Shown here in pieces: positions 49,749 to 60,325 of a stretch of 64,000 nt of DNA. Numbering within the stretch: the first letter of the stretch is position 1; every line of letters begins with the position of its first letter. The translations under genes were made by a program, and so were the position numbers. Location of the stretch: NCBI GenBank assembly GCA_030390025.1, contig CM059432.1:25546001-25610000 (forward strand), given 5' to 3'. The DNA is from Squalus acanthias. Lineage: Eukaryota. The notes under the pieces are model-generated. The model was not told where the DNA came from and made no database searches. It was given only the letters and a program-made list of their open reading frames with translations.

Positions 49749-50803
49749 TTTCAAATAAAACTGTTGGACTATAACCTGGTGTTGTGCGACCTCTCAATTT
49801 TGTACAACAATGGGGACAGGGGACAACCCTGTCTCACTGACCTCTGTATCAGAAAATACTTGGATAAAAACCATTACATTTAACACAGCTAAATATGTTT
49901 GAATAAAAAATCCTTATCCACTAAATGAAATTTCCCCCCAAAACCAAATGCTTCCAAAACCTTCAATAAAAACTCATGAGAGACCCTATCAAAGGCTTTC
50001 TCTTGATCTATCTTTAATACATAAGCCTCCCTCCCACTCTCTTCCATGAGCTCTATCGCATCTCGGATTGAGACCACAGAGTCTGCGATGTCCCGGCCTA
50101 TGACTCCATAGGACTGAGAGGGCAAAACTAGCTGCGGCAACACCTCCTCTATACGATTTGCCATAACCCTCGCCAAGATCTTATAATCCACATTTAATAA
50201 TGTGATGGGTCTCCAATTCTTCAGATCCCTTCTATCCCCTTTATTTTTATAAGCTAAGCTTATGACACCTCTTCTCATAGATGGGGCCAGGCTTCCCTCA
50301 TTTTTAATTTCCTTAAAAACTCCTAAGAGCAATGGACTTAAAATCTCGAAAAATTCTTTGTAAAATTCTGCACTTAGTCCATCGGACCCTGGGCTTTCCC
50401 CCCCCGCTTCATTCCACTTATTGCTACTTTTATTTCCGCTAATCCTACTTCTTTGTCACACATGCTTCTCTCATCCACCTTTAAACCCTCTTCAATAAAA
50501 GCACTAACCTTCTCCATCACCAAATTGGAAATGTCTTCTTTTGTATATAACTCTTGATAAAAGCTGCTAGCCGCCTCTAAAATGTTCCCACTTTCATGAA
50601 TGATCTTCTCCCCAACCTTCAACTCTCCAATTAATGATAATCTCTGTCGCAGCTTCTCTTGCTGTAGAAAATATCTAGTGCATCTAGAACATAGAACAGT
50701 ACAGCACAGTACAGGCCCTTCGGCCCTCGATGTTGTGCCGAGCATTGTCCGAGACCAAGACCAAGCTATCCCACTCCCTATCATTCTGGTGTGCTCCATG
50801 TGC

Positions 50804-53560
50804 TTATCCAATAACCGCTTGAAAGTTCCTAAAGTGTCCGACTCCACTATCACAGCAGGCAGTCCATTCCACACCCCAACCACTCTGAGTAAAGAATCTA
50901 CCTCGGACATCCCTTCTATATCTCCCCCCATGCACCTTATAGTTATGCCCCCTTGTAACAGCTACATCCACCCGAGGAAATAATCTCTGAACATCCACTC
51001 TATCTATCCCCCTCATCATCTTATAAACCTCTATTAAGTCGCCTCTCATCCTCCTCCGCTCTAAAGAGAAAAGCCCTAGCTCCCTCAATCTTTCCTCATA
51101 AGACCTCCCCCCCAAACCAGGCAGCATCCTGGTAAATCTCCTTTGCACTCTTTCCAATGCTTCCACGTCCTTCCTATAGTGAGGTGACCAGAACTGCACA
51201 CAATATTCCAAATGTGGTCTCACCAAGGTCCTGTACAGTTGCAGCATAACCTCACGGTTCTTAAACTCAAACCCCTTGTTAATAAACGCTAACACACCAT
51301 AGGCCTTCTTTACTGCTCTATCCACTTGAGTGGCAACCTTCAGAGATCTGTGGATATGAACCCCCAGATCCCTCTGTTCCTCCACGTTCCTCAGAACCCT
51401 GCCGTTGACACTGTAATCCTTATTCAAATTTGCCCTACCAAAATGAATCACCTCGCACTTATCAGGGTTAAATTCCATCTGCCATTTTTCGGCCCAGCTC
51501 TGCATCCTATCAATGTCTCTTTGCAGCCTACAACAGCCCTCCACCTCATCCACTACTCCACCAATCTTGGTGTCATCAGCAAATTTACTGATCCACCCTT
51601 CAGTCCCCTCCTCCAAGTCATTGATAAAAGTCACAAACAGCAGAGGACCCAGCACCGACCCCTGTGGCACACCGCTGGTAACTGGTCTCCAGTCCAAAAA
51701 TGTTCCATCCACCACCACCCTCTGCCTTCTGAGATAGCCAGTTACTTATCCAATCGGCCAAATTTCACTCTATTCCACAACTCCTTACTTTCTTCATGAG
51801 CCGACCATGGGGAACCTTATCAAACGCCTTACTAAAATCCATGTATACGACATCAACTGCTCTACCTTCATCTACACACTTAGTTACCTCCTCAAAGAAT
51901 TCAATCAAATTTGTTAGGCAAGACTTACCCTTCACGAATCCGTGTTGACTATCCCGGATTAAGTTGCATCTTTCCAAATGGTCATAAATCCTATCCCTCA
52001 GGACCTTTTCCATTATCTTACCAACCACCGAAGTAAGACTAACCGGCCTATAATTACCAGGGTCATTCCTATTTCCTTTCTTGAAGAGAGGAACAACATT
52101 CGCCACTCTCCAGTCCTCTGGCACCATCCCCGTGGACAGTGAGGTCCCAAAGATCAAAGCCAAAGGTTCTGCAATCTCCTCCCTTGCCTCCCAAAGAATC
52201 CTAGGATATATCCCATCCGGCCCAGGGGACTTATCGACCCTCAGGTTCTTCAAAATTGCTAAAACATCTTCCCTCAGAACATCTACCTCCTCCAGCCTAT
52301 CCACCTTTATCACACATTCATCCTCAAAAACATGGCCCCTCTCCTCGGTGAACACTGACGAAAAGTATTCATTCATCACCTCTCCTATCTCTTCTGACTC
52401 CATGCACAAGTTCCCACTACTGTCCTTGACCGGCCCTACCCTCACCCTGGTCATTCTTTTATTTCTCACATAAGAGTAAAAAGCCTTGGGGTTTTCCTTG
52501 ATCCAACCCGCCAAGGACTTCTCATGCCCCCTCCTAGCTCTCCTAAGCTCTTTTTTTAGCTCATTCCTTGCTCCCTTGTACCCCTCAATCGACCCAACTG
52601 AACCTTGTTTTCTCTTCCTTACATACGCTTCCTTTTTCCTCTTGACTAGACATTCAACCTCTTTTGTGAACCATGGTTCTCTCACTCGGCCATTTCCTCC
52701 CTGCCTGACAGGGACATACCTATCAAGGACACGCAGTAATTGCTCCATGAAAAAGCTTCACTTTTCGTTTGTGCCTTTCCCTGATAGTTTCTGTTCCCAT
52801 CTTATGCTCCCTAATTCTTGCCTAATCGCATCATAATTACCCCTCCCCCAATTATAAACCCTGCCCTGCCGTATGGCCCTATCCCTCTCCATTGCAATAG
52901 TGAAAGTCACCGAATTGTGGTCACTATCTCCAAAGTGCTCTCTCACATACAAATCAAACACTTGGCCCGGTTCATTACCCAGTACCAAATCCAATGTGGC
53001 CCCACCTCTTGTCGGCCTATCCACATATTGTGTCAGGAAACCCTCCTGCACACATTGTGCAAAAACTATCTCATCTGAACTGTTTGACCTATAAAGGATC
53101 CAATCAATATTTGGAAAGTTGAAGTCACCCATGACAACTACTCTGTGACCTCCACACCTATTCATAATCTGCTCTGCAATTTCTTCCTCCACATCTCTAT
53201 TACTATTTGGGGGCCTGTAGAAAACTCCTAACAACGTGACCGCTCCTTTCCTATTCTAACTTCAGCCCATATTACCTCAGACGGCAGATCCCCCTCGAAC
53301 TGCCTTTCTGCCGCTGTTAAACTATCCTTGATTAACAATGCTACTCCTCCACCTTTCTTACCACCTTCCCTACTCTTACTGAAACATCTATACCCCGGAA
53401 CTTCCAACAACCATTCCTGTCCCTGTTCTAACCATGTCTCCGTAATGGCCACCACATCGTAGTCCCAAGTACCAATCCACGCTCCAAGTTCTCCTACCTT
53501 ATTCCGGATGCTCCTTGCATTGAAGTAGACACACTTCAAGCCACCTTCCTGTCTGCCGGT
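50804..53560 (-). pseudogene. CR1 ORF2 (APE + RT) with about four frame breaks
   Basis: NARSIRNK, ITETWL, GDFN, SDHN, KSPGPDG, SGVPQGSVLGP and FADDTK spread over successive ORF fragments. Confidence 0.9.
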
Positions 53561-53652
53561 ACATTCCTGCGACCTTGATACCCTCCTCAGTACCTCCCTA
53601 CACTCACCACTGGCTCCTGGACTACAGCCCTTTTTCCCATCCCCCTGACAAA

Positions 53653-54579
53653 TTAGTTTAAACCCCCCCGAAGAGCCGTAGCAAATTTCCCTCCCAGGAT
53701 ATTGGTGCCCCTCTGGTTCAGGTGCAAACCGTCCTGTTTGTACAGGTCCCACCTTCCCCAGAATGTGCTCCAATTATCCACATAACTGAAACCCTCCCCG
53801 CTACACCATCCCTGCAGCCACGTGTTTATCTGCACTCTCTCCCTGTTCCTCAACTCGCTAGCACGTGGCACCGGCAACAAACCAGAGATTACAACATGGT
53901 TTGTACTGGCTCTCAGCTTCCAACCTAGCTCCCTAAATTCCTGTTTTAAATCCCCGTCCCTTCTCCTACCTATGTCGTTGGTACCGATGTGTACCACGAC
54001 TTGTGATTGTTTCCCCTCCCCCTTGAGGATTCTGGAAACACGGTCCGAGACTTCACGGACCCTGGCACCCGGGAGGCAACATACCATCCGTGAGTCTCTT
54101 TTGCTGCCACAGAACCTCCTATCTGTCCCTCTGACTATTGAGTCCCCAATAACTATTGCTCTCCTGCTCTCCCCCCTTCCCTTCTGAGCCACAGGGACGG
54201 ACTCAGCGCCGGAGATCCGGTCAACGTGGCTTACCACTGGTAGGTCGTCCCCCTCAACAGTATCCAAAGTGGTATACTTGTTACTGAGGGGAACGACCAC
54301 AGAGGATCCCTGCACTGACTGCTTCCTCCTAGCCCCTCTCACCGTCACCCATCTATCTTCATTCTTTGGAGTAACTACATCCCTGAAGCTTCTATCTATG
54401 ACCACCTCTGCCTCCCGAATGATCCGAAGTTCATCCAGCTCCAGCTCCAGTTCCCTAACGCGGTTTTCGAGGAGCTGGAGATGGGTGCACTTCCCACAGG
54501 TGTAATCAGCAGGGACACCGACGGCGTCCCTCACCTCAAACATTCTGCAGGAGGAACATTTCACTGCCTCCCCTGCCAT
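53653..54579 (-). CDS. CR1 ORF1 protein (CxxC...CxxC zinc finger, coiled coil, SGNH/GDSL esterase-like domain)
   Basis: 308 aa with CSSC...CGKC, LENRVRELELELDEL, IGDSIVR, HIGTND and DGLHLN. Confidence 0.9.
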   Translation of the reverse strand: MAGEAVKCSSCRMFEVRDAVGVPADYTCGKCTHLQLLENRVRELELELDELRIIREAEVVIDRSFRDVVTPKNEDRWVTVRGARRKQSVQGSSVVVPLSNKYTTLDTVEGDDLPVVSHVDRISGAESVPVAQKGRGESRRAIVIGDSIVRGTDRRFCGSKRDSRMVCCLPGARVREVSDRVSRILKGEGKQSQVVVHIGTNDIGRRRDGDLKQEFRELGWKLRASTNHVVISGLLPVPRASELRNRERVQINTWLQGWCSGEGFSYVDNWSTFWGRWDLYKQDGLHLNQRGTNILGGKFATALRGGLN

Positions 54580-54783
54580 CCCCCCCAGCTAACTTGCGGA
54601 TTAAACTAGAACAAGAAAGAGCTTACCTGATATTCACTCACCCCCTTTAGGTTAGAGGAGGTGGAAGGGTGGGGGACACTACAAGTGTAGTGTCTCGGGT
54701 TTAGGAACCGCCCAACTTATATATAGGTAAAAATTAATCACCTACCCAGCAACCACTGCGTCCCGCACTATAAAAGCACTCAA

Positions 54784-54997
54784 CAGGTCCGCCTCCGCCG
54801 CTGCTCCTGCTGCTGCTCTGGGCCTCGCTGCCGCCTCGGGCTTACCTTTTGTACTCCGCTCTCCTCCGCTCCCTCACAGGTCCGCCGCCTCCGCCGCCGC
54901 GCTGCTCTAGGCCTCGCTGCCGCCTCGGGCTTACCTTTTGTACTCCGCTCTCCTCCGCTCCCTCACAGGTCCGCCGCCTCCGCCGCCGCACTGCTCT
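54784..54997 (-). repeat. 89-bp GC-rich monomer repeats (~2.3 copies) at the CR1 5' end
   Basis: cttaccttttgtactccgctctcctccgctccctcacaggtccgccgcctccgccgccgc recurs at 54841 and 54930. Confidence 0.9.
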
Positions 54998-55980
54998 CCA
55001 ATGCATCTCTAGCCTTTGCACGGAGAATGGCCCCTTTACATTTTTCAGCTTGCAATAATTCCCACTCCTCCTTTAACACCCGGAACTTAGTCTCAGCTCC
55101 CTTATCCCTTCCGTCAACTGCTTTACAGACATCCGTAAACCTTCTGTTTATATTCTCTTCTCGACGCCGGTTAGCTGCCGCTCTCTTTTTCCCATAACAT
55201 ATCGAAAAAACTTTTACCTCATATTTGAAATTGTCCCACCAAACTCTTCTTTCTTTCAAGAACAAAGGTTCCTTCTGAGCATTCTTTATTATATTTAAAC
55301 TCCCTTCTTTATAAGCAATTTCTTTCATGTATTGATTGTTTAAAATCCACACCCCTGAAACAATCTTAACTCTGCTGTTCCTAATTCTAAGAACCAAAGC
55401 CGAGTGGTAACTAAAAAATACTTTTTTTAGAATAAATCTCCATCACCTCAGAACTTAACCCTTCCCGCATTAACACAAAATCTATTCGGCTCTGTTTTAA
55501 AATAACACCCACCCAACTCCCTTTTTATGGGGTTCTGGTCCCTCCATAAGTCTCTCAAATTTAAATTTGCCATCATTTTTACAATCATCCCTCTGGAGTT
55601 ATCATCCTTAAAGGTCAACTGGGCTGAAATGTCCATCTGAGATAGAAATACATTAAAATCCCCCACTATACAAGGATTTTCCACCTCTGCCACTTCAGTG
55701 AATAACCCCCGAAAAAAATCGCGACGCTTGCAATGGTCGTTCGGTGCATAGATATTAAAGAGATCGCAATTAAATTCCTCCATTTTTACACTTAGCCATA
55801 AAAATCTCCCCTCAGTGTCCTTTGTCCACCAAGGCAACGTTCTCTTTTGTGGACGGACTCACCAAAACAGCCACCCCTCTACGGTTATTGTTTGCATAAC
55901 TTGCAAACACCTCTCCCTTCCAAACCTTCTGAACTCTTTCTAGGATATCCTCATCCCAAAAGGTTTCTTGCAGACACAAC

Positions 55981-56730
55981 GGGCTGGATTTTGAATGACC
56001 CATGGAGTCAGGTTTGGAGGCATGTGGGGGGTTAAATTTGCGGGGTCGGGGTTTCCGACCCCATCCCGGCTCCATCCCGCCTCCACGCAAGTTTGACAAA
56101 CTCAGTCACGGGGTTCCCGACTCCATCCCGCCTCCAAGAGGCGGGAGAGGCCATTAAAGCCCTTAACAAGCTCTAAATTGGCTCTGTAATGCCATTTTGA
56201 AACGTTTTAGCTAGTTTAACCCTTTTCTGACGTGAAGTACGCCTGGTGTGAAACACTCCAGTGAAACCTGGCGGGAGCACAAGTGGACAGCTGACGGTCC
56301 ACTATTACAACGGAGATGTGATGAAGGTGGTAGTAGTAGTATTAGGTCTGAAAGTCGCCGCTGCTGCATTGAATGTGTTCAGAGACTGCCTGGCCTTTGC
56401 TGTGAGAGGACTTGGATGCAAAAAAAATTCATTCTCATTCTCTCTCTCTTTTCTCCCCCCTGTCCCACATTTTACATCCAGGTCCACTCACATCAAAAGC
56501 AAGCCATGCAGGTCCTCTCTCACCAACAGTCTCTGAGACTAGGCAGTCAGCAATGATGACATCATCAGAGGCGACTTTCAGACTGAAACCACTAATTGGT
56601 TCATGGGTTCCCACATGCTGGAACTCAATTGCCCAATTAAGTGAAAATTGCATCATTCATCCACATTAATCTGGAGTCGGGGGGGAAACACGAAATGCGG
56701 ATTACACGACCCCAAGACAAAATCCAGCCC
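55981..56730. mobile_element. Harbinger-type MITE (750 bp) in the Tx1 endonuclease region
   Basis: TIR GGGCTGGATTTTG / CAAAATCCAGCCC; TSD AAC. Removing it restores GTDLLCLQET. Confidence 0.93.
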
Positions 56731-56860
56731 AACAAGTCCGTGCCTTTAAAACCCTGCAACAACTGAAGCAATTTCTTCTCACCCCTCAGTCCGTTCACAT
56801 TAATCGAGACCGATATAATCATGGCTCCGAAGAAGGGAAGTTTGCCTGATAATCTCCCCA

Positions 56861-58480
56861 TCATTTAATCTCTGGCCCTTCCCTCTCATGCTCCTTCCCA
56901 ACTTTTTGGCCAGCTGTTGCTTTTTCCTGCAGCCTCTGACTCTTTTTCACCTCCTGTTTGAACGTTCCCTGCTGTTTCAGCCTCTTCCTTGCATTAAGTT
57001 TGGGCCAAGGAGCTGCCCTTTCTCCCTCCTTCTGCCCCTCACTAACCTTTCCCTTTCCACATGATGCCACTTCACCCCCCACTTCCATGTCTCTGTCCCC
57101 CTCTAATTCCTCACTCTCAAGCTCTTCTGTAACCTTCTGTGCCTGCTCCCCGTCAGATACATAATCCTGCTCCCCGTCAGATACATCGTCTCCCATAGAG
57201 AGTCTTGCTGCTATCGCGGTTTCTCCAACAGTGCCGCTCCCTTCGACCTCATCTCCACCGCTGACCCTTGCTCCCTGATCCTTCTCTCTCTGGGACAATG
57301 GCGCACCTATATTGCTCCCTTCTGGTGTCTTTGTCTCACCGCTCCCGTCCTGCTGCCCCTTTAAGGCTCCTGCCTCTTGCACCCTCTCCTTGTCTTGCCC
57401 CCTCCTGCTCACCGAGATGTCCGACTCCCTATCTTTCTTTGGAGTACTTACATTTACCACGCACCCCGCTCCCACCTCCTCTCCCCCCGCAGACACCAGA
57501 TTCTTTAGGGAGAGCGGAACCATATTATGGCTCGACTCTGCCCTCGACCCGTGCTGCCTTCTGCTGTCTTTGTTCTTTTCCATTGTACTTGGTGTATTTT
57601 CCACCATCTCCATCCTGTTCTCTGCTCCGCAATTTTCTACCTCTTCCTGCGCTCTTTTCTCCTTCAGTTTACCAGCTGTGTCCTCCGACTGCTCCGCTCC
57701 TCCGGCCGTTTCACTCACACCTCCTTCTCCCATCTCCTCGTCACTCATAGAGCTTCCTTCTGCCTCACACTCACAGCGGGTGGGGTCTTTGTGACACACC
57801 CCACAGCTCTCCGCCTTGCAGCCACAAGCGATGTGTCCAGACTCGCCGCAATTATAACAGTACATGTCCGGACAGTTTCTTACAAGATGGTCGTGTCCAA
57901 GACAATAATCACAAACCTTCACTTGGTTATCATGCAGTACTCGGAAGTACTGCACTCCTTCCATTGTCTCGAATTTCATGCTGCACGGTAATGACTTCAC
58001 CCCCTCTGGGAACCGCACCTTTACGTAACGGATTCCATCTGCTACCCGTGTTCCTGGATAGTATCTCCTCTTTATTGCTGAACAAATTTTAATGTCCCAC
58101 AACTCCAACTTTTTGATTAGCACATCGTCCTCAATATAAACTGGCAAGTTTAAGAATGAGACCACCACCTCTTCCGAATATAGCAGAGATACCTCCAAGA
58201 ACTTATCGCCAACCTTCAAACTGAGTAAAAGTCTTTCCACCTCCTCTCGGCCACTGACCGTCACCTCGAACCCAACATTCGGCTTTGGTCGGCAGGCAAA
58301 GCAGCTTCCCTCGCCGCAGTCCTCAGGTACCGCCTGGATAATATCCCAAGCTCGTATCTCCTTATCCTCGCACTGAACCACCACCGTGTTTTCTTTTCCA
58401 ACCCTCCTGGGGTCCCGGCCCAAATCTTTGGGCCCTTTTCTTTCCCTTCCAACCACAGTTTCTCCCCTGATTAAATTCAT
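56861..58480 (-). CDS. Tx1-like ORF1 gag-like nucleic-acid-binding protein with zinc knuckles (ZCCHC3-like N-terminal half)
   Basis: 539 aa open frame; CDYCLGHDHLVRNC and CYNCGESGHIACGC (CX2CX4HX4C) plus a further Cys cluster; low-complexity acidic C-terminal half; directly upstream of ORF2. Confidence 0.88.
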   Translation of the reverse strand: MNLIRGETVVGRERKGPKDLGRDPRRVGKENTVVVQCEDKEIRAWDIIQAVPEDCGEGSCFACRPKPNVGFEVTVSGREEVERLLLSLKVGDKFLEVSLLYSEEVVVSFLNLPVYIEDDVLIKKLELWDIKICSAIKRRYYPGTRVADGIRYVKVRFPEGVKSLPCSMKFETMEGVQYFRVLHDNQVKVCDYCLGHDHLVRNCPDMYCYNCGESGHIACGCKAESCGVCHKDPTRCECEAEGSSMSDEEMGEGGVSETAGGAEQSEDTAGKLKEKRAQEEVENCGAENRMEMVENTPSTMEKNKDSRRQHGSRAESSHNMVPLSLKNLVSAGGEEVGAGCVVNVSTPKKDRESDISVSRRGQDKERVQEAGALKGQQDGSGETKTPEGSNIGAPLSQREKDQGARVSGGDEVEGSGTVGETAIAARLSMGDDVSDGEQDYVSDGEQAQKVTEELESEELEGDRDMEVGGEVASCGKGKVSEGQKEGERAAPWPKLNARKRLKQQGTFKQEVKKSQRLQEKATAGQKVGKEHEREGPEIK

Positions 58481-59402
58481 CTTGGGAACACTGTCCTCTG
58501 AGGACTCCGGACCCCTCAGCAGCCACCTGGCTGCTGTTTATGGGCCAAAAAGGCCCTAAAACCTGAAAAAAAAAACCACCACCAACTTTTTACAAGCTCA
58601 CTCCAACTCCCTGCAGTAATCAGGCAACCAGTAACACCTGCTCACACCTGCTACCCACTGAGCCACAGCTGACACGGTGACTGGTGTGGGAAGGAGGGGT
58701 TTCATTTCATGGGACACTGGCACCAGTACTGGAAGAGGAAGGAGCTCCAATTGAACTGGAATAGAACCAGAGTCCCAGCGGAAAGGACAAATAGGGCTGT
58801 GGATAGGACTTTAAACTAGTAAGACGGGGGAAGGGATGTATTGAAAAGAACATAAACGTGAAGATGAAAGAAATAGGAGTTGAGAGTAAATGTCAGACCA
58901 ATGTTAAGAATAAGGGTAACATAAGTGGTCAGGGAACAGATACAGTTGTGGAACATAAGTATAAAATGACTATTAAAAATAAAGTGATGGGACAATTAAT
59001 AAAAACAAATTAAATTGCCTGTAGCAATATACACAGCATCTAAAACAAAATGGGGGAACTGGAGGCAATAATTCACAGCGAGCAGCCAGATGTAGTAAGG
59101 ATAACTGAAACATGGCTTAATAAAGAACAGGACTGGTAGTTAAATATTGCAGGATCTAATGCATTTAGAAAGGATAAGGAAGGAGGGGGAGTGGGATAGC
59201 TGTATCAATTAGAGATAACACAATGAAAGTAGAATAAAAGGGACATAACAAACATTAAGATAGAAACGGAATCCTTATGGATTGAGACAAAGGATAAGAA
59301 GGGATCGATCACATTCATGGGGTAATCTACAGACTACCTAATAGTGAAAGGGAAGTGGAGAAAGAAATATGTAGGCAAATCTATGAAATGAGTAAAAGAC
59401 AT

Positions 59403-60141
59403 GGGGGGATAAATTTGTTTAATTTGTGCCTCCCGTTAGCGCCCTCTTAGGGCGTTAACGGGGATGCAAATTAAGTAGCGCCTGGTCCCTGCGCCGCTAA
59501 TGCCTCCCGTGAAATTCAGCGGGAGGTTAGCGGCGACGCTAACCATTAGCACTGCGCCGCCGGCGATGACGTCATTGCCATACGCAGCGCCCTGCTCGTG
59601 CCCTGGCTGTAATATTGGGTGGTGGCCCCCCCCGACTTCCTCCGGACGCTATGTCTGCTGGGGTCAGGGGGGTTTACCTGAGGCCGGGGCGGCGCTAGTT
59701 AAAGGGGAGGTGGCGAGCGTCCATTTTTGTTGCTGGCCGCCTGCCAGCACCTGCCCCTGCTGCTGTCCCCGGCCCTTGTGAGGCCCCCCCCCGTGGGATG
59801 CCGGCTGCTCTACGTGAGCCCGGCACTCCTCTTGAGTACTGGGCTTGTTTGCCGCCACTCCCGATCCCTGATGGACCAGCTGGGTGCCGGGACGCACTGC
59901 GCTAGGCCCCTCCCCTTTAATAAGGGGAGGAAGGCCTACAGTACCGCGGCGCGACGTGCCGCAGCGCCGCGATATTGGCTCGCAGCGCCCCAAGAGGGAC
60001 GGGGGGGGGGGGAGGGCGCTTCCAGTAGCGCCCCTCCTCCCTCTCGGGGTGCTACCTGGGAAAATCGGCCACGGGGGCGCTAACTAAAATTAGCCCCGGT
60101 GATGGTAGCGCCCCAAAGGGGGCGCGTCCCAATTTTTACCC
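59403..60141. mobile_element. GC-rich Harbinger-type MITE
   Basis: Ends ggggggataaattt / aatttttaccc; TSD CAT (59400-59402, 60142-60144); subterminal gcctcccgttagcgcc shared with 17213..18092. Confidence 0.8.
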
Positions 60142-60325
60142 CATAGAATAATAATTAGGGAGATTTGAATTGCTCCCAACTAAATTGACAAGAGGTAGAG
60201 AAAGGGAAAAAGGGAATGAGTTTTTACAGTGTGTTCGGAACTTCTTTCTTAACCAGTACGTAAGAAGCCCAACAAGAGACAAATCATTACTGGATCTAGT
60301 AATGGGAAATGAACCAGAGCAGATA

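Larger units (their letters stand above)
48557..49803 (-). mobile_element. Fold-back (palindromic) 5'-truncated Penelope-like element
   Basis: Arms 48592-49192 and 49203-49803 (601 bp each); 35-nt tail 48557-48591 on one side only; TSD tgtacaacaatggg (48543-48556, 49801-49814). Each arm encodes FSSQGHSASDLRVSVLQGNLRNTRQRKIIEQKLIAKFRTH(E/K)DGLNRDLG, a GIY-YIG-type C-terminus. Confidence 0.93.
50686..54992 (-). mobile_element. Full-length CR1 LINE with few lesions, inserted in Tx1 ORF2
   Basis: GC-rich 5' UTR; ORF1 53653..54579; ORF2 pieces 53228..53773, 52758..53234, 51765..52748 and 50804..51718; ttctatgttct tail. The host frame AKARDALES continues as RCTRYF on the other side. Confidence 0.95.
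45311..56864 (-). pseudogene. Tx1-like ORF2 (APE endonuclease, RT, C-terminal Cys-rich region), broken by frameshifts and insertions
   Basis: Colinear pieces 56731..56864, 55812..55980, 55448..55837, 54993..55397, 50374..50685, 49889..50332, 48274..48552, 48135..48320, 47835..48116, 47037..47582 and 45311..45619. Confidence 0.88.
45152..58648 (-). mobile_element. Apparently full-length Tx1/L1-clade non-LTR retrotransposon carrying four nested insertions
   Basis: 11-bp TSD tgctacccact (45141-45151, 58649-58659); AATAAA plus short poly(A) at 45152-45172; zinc-knuckle ORF1; ORF2 fragments SINVNGL, CLQET, NIYAPN, GDFN, NWRPITLLNVDYKI, DQEKAFDRV, QYADDST, CPVC. Confidence 0.93.
44711..58675 (-). 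mobile_element. Full-length DeuSINE (58675-58649 + 45151-44711) split by a Tx1-like LINE
   Basis: Rejoined head GTGTCAGCTGTGGCTCAGTGGGTAGCACACTCGCCTCTGAGTCAGAAGGTTGTGGGTTCAAGTCCC with A and B boxes, then the Deu core and a (tctt)n tail. Confidence 0.9.

Noticed and set aside
50374..50931. 185-aa ORF as a gene
   Set aside because: Chimeric read-through from the CR1 3' end into Tx1 ORF2 across the insertion junction.
57268..57991. Three overlapping ~155-160 aa plus-strand ORFs
   Set aside because: Antisense to the purine-rich, low-complexity half of Tx1 ORF1.
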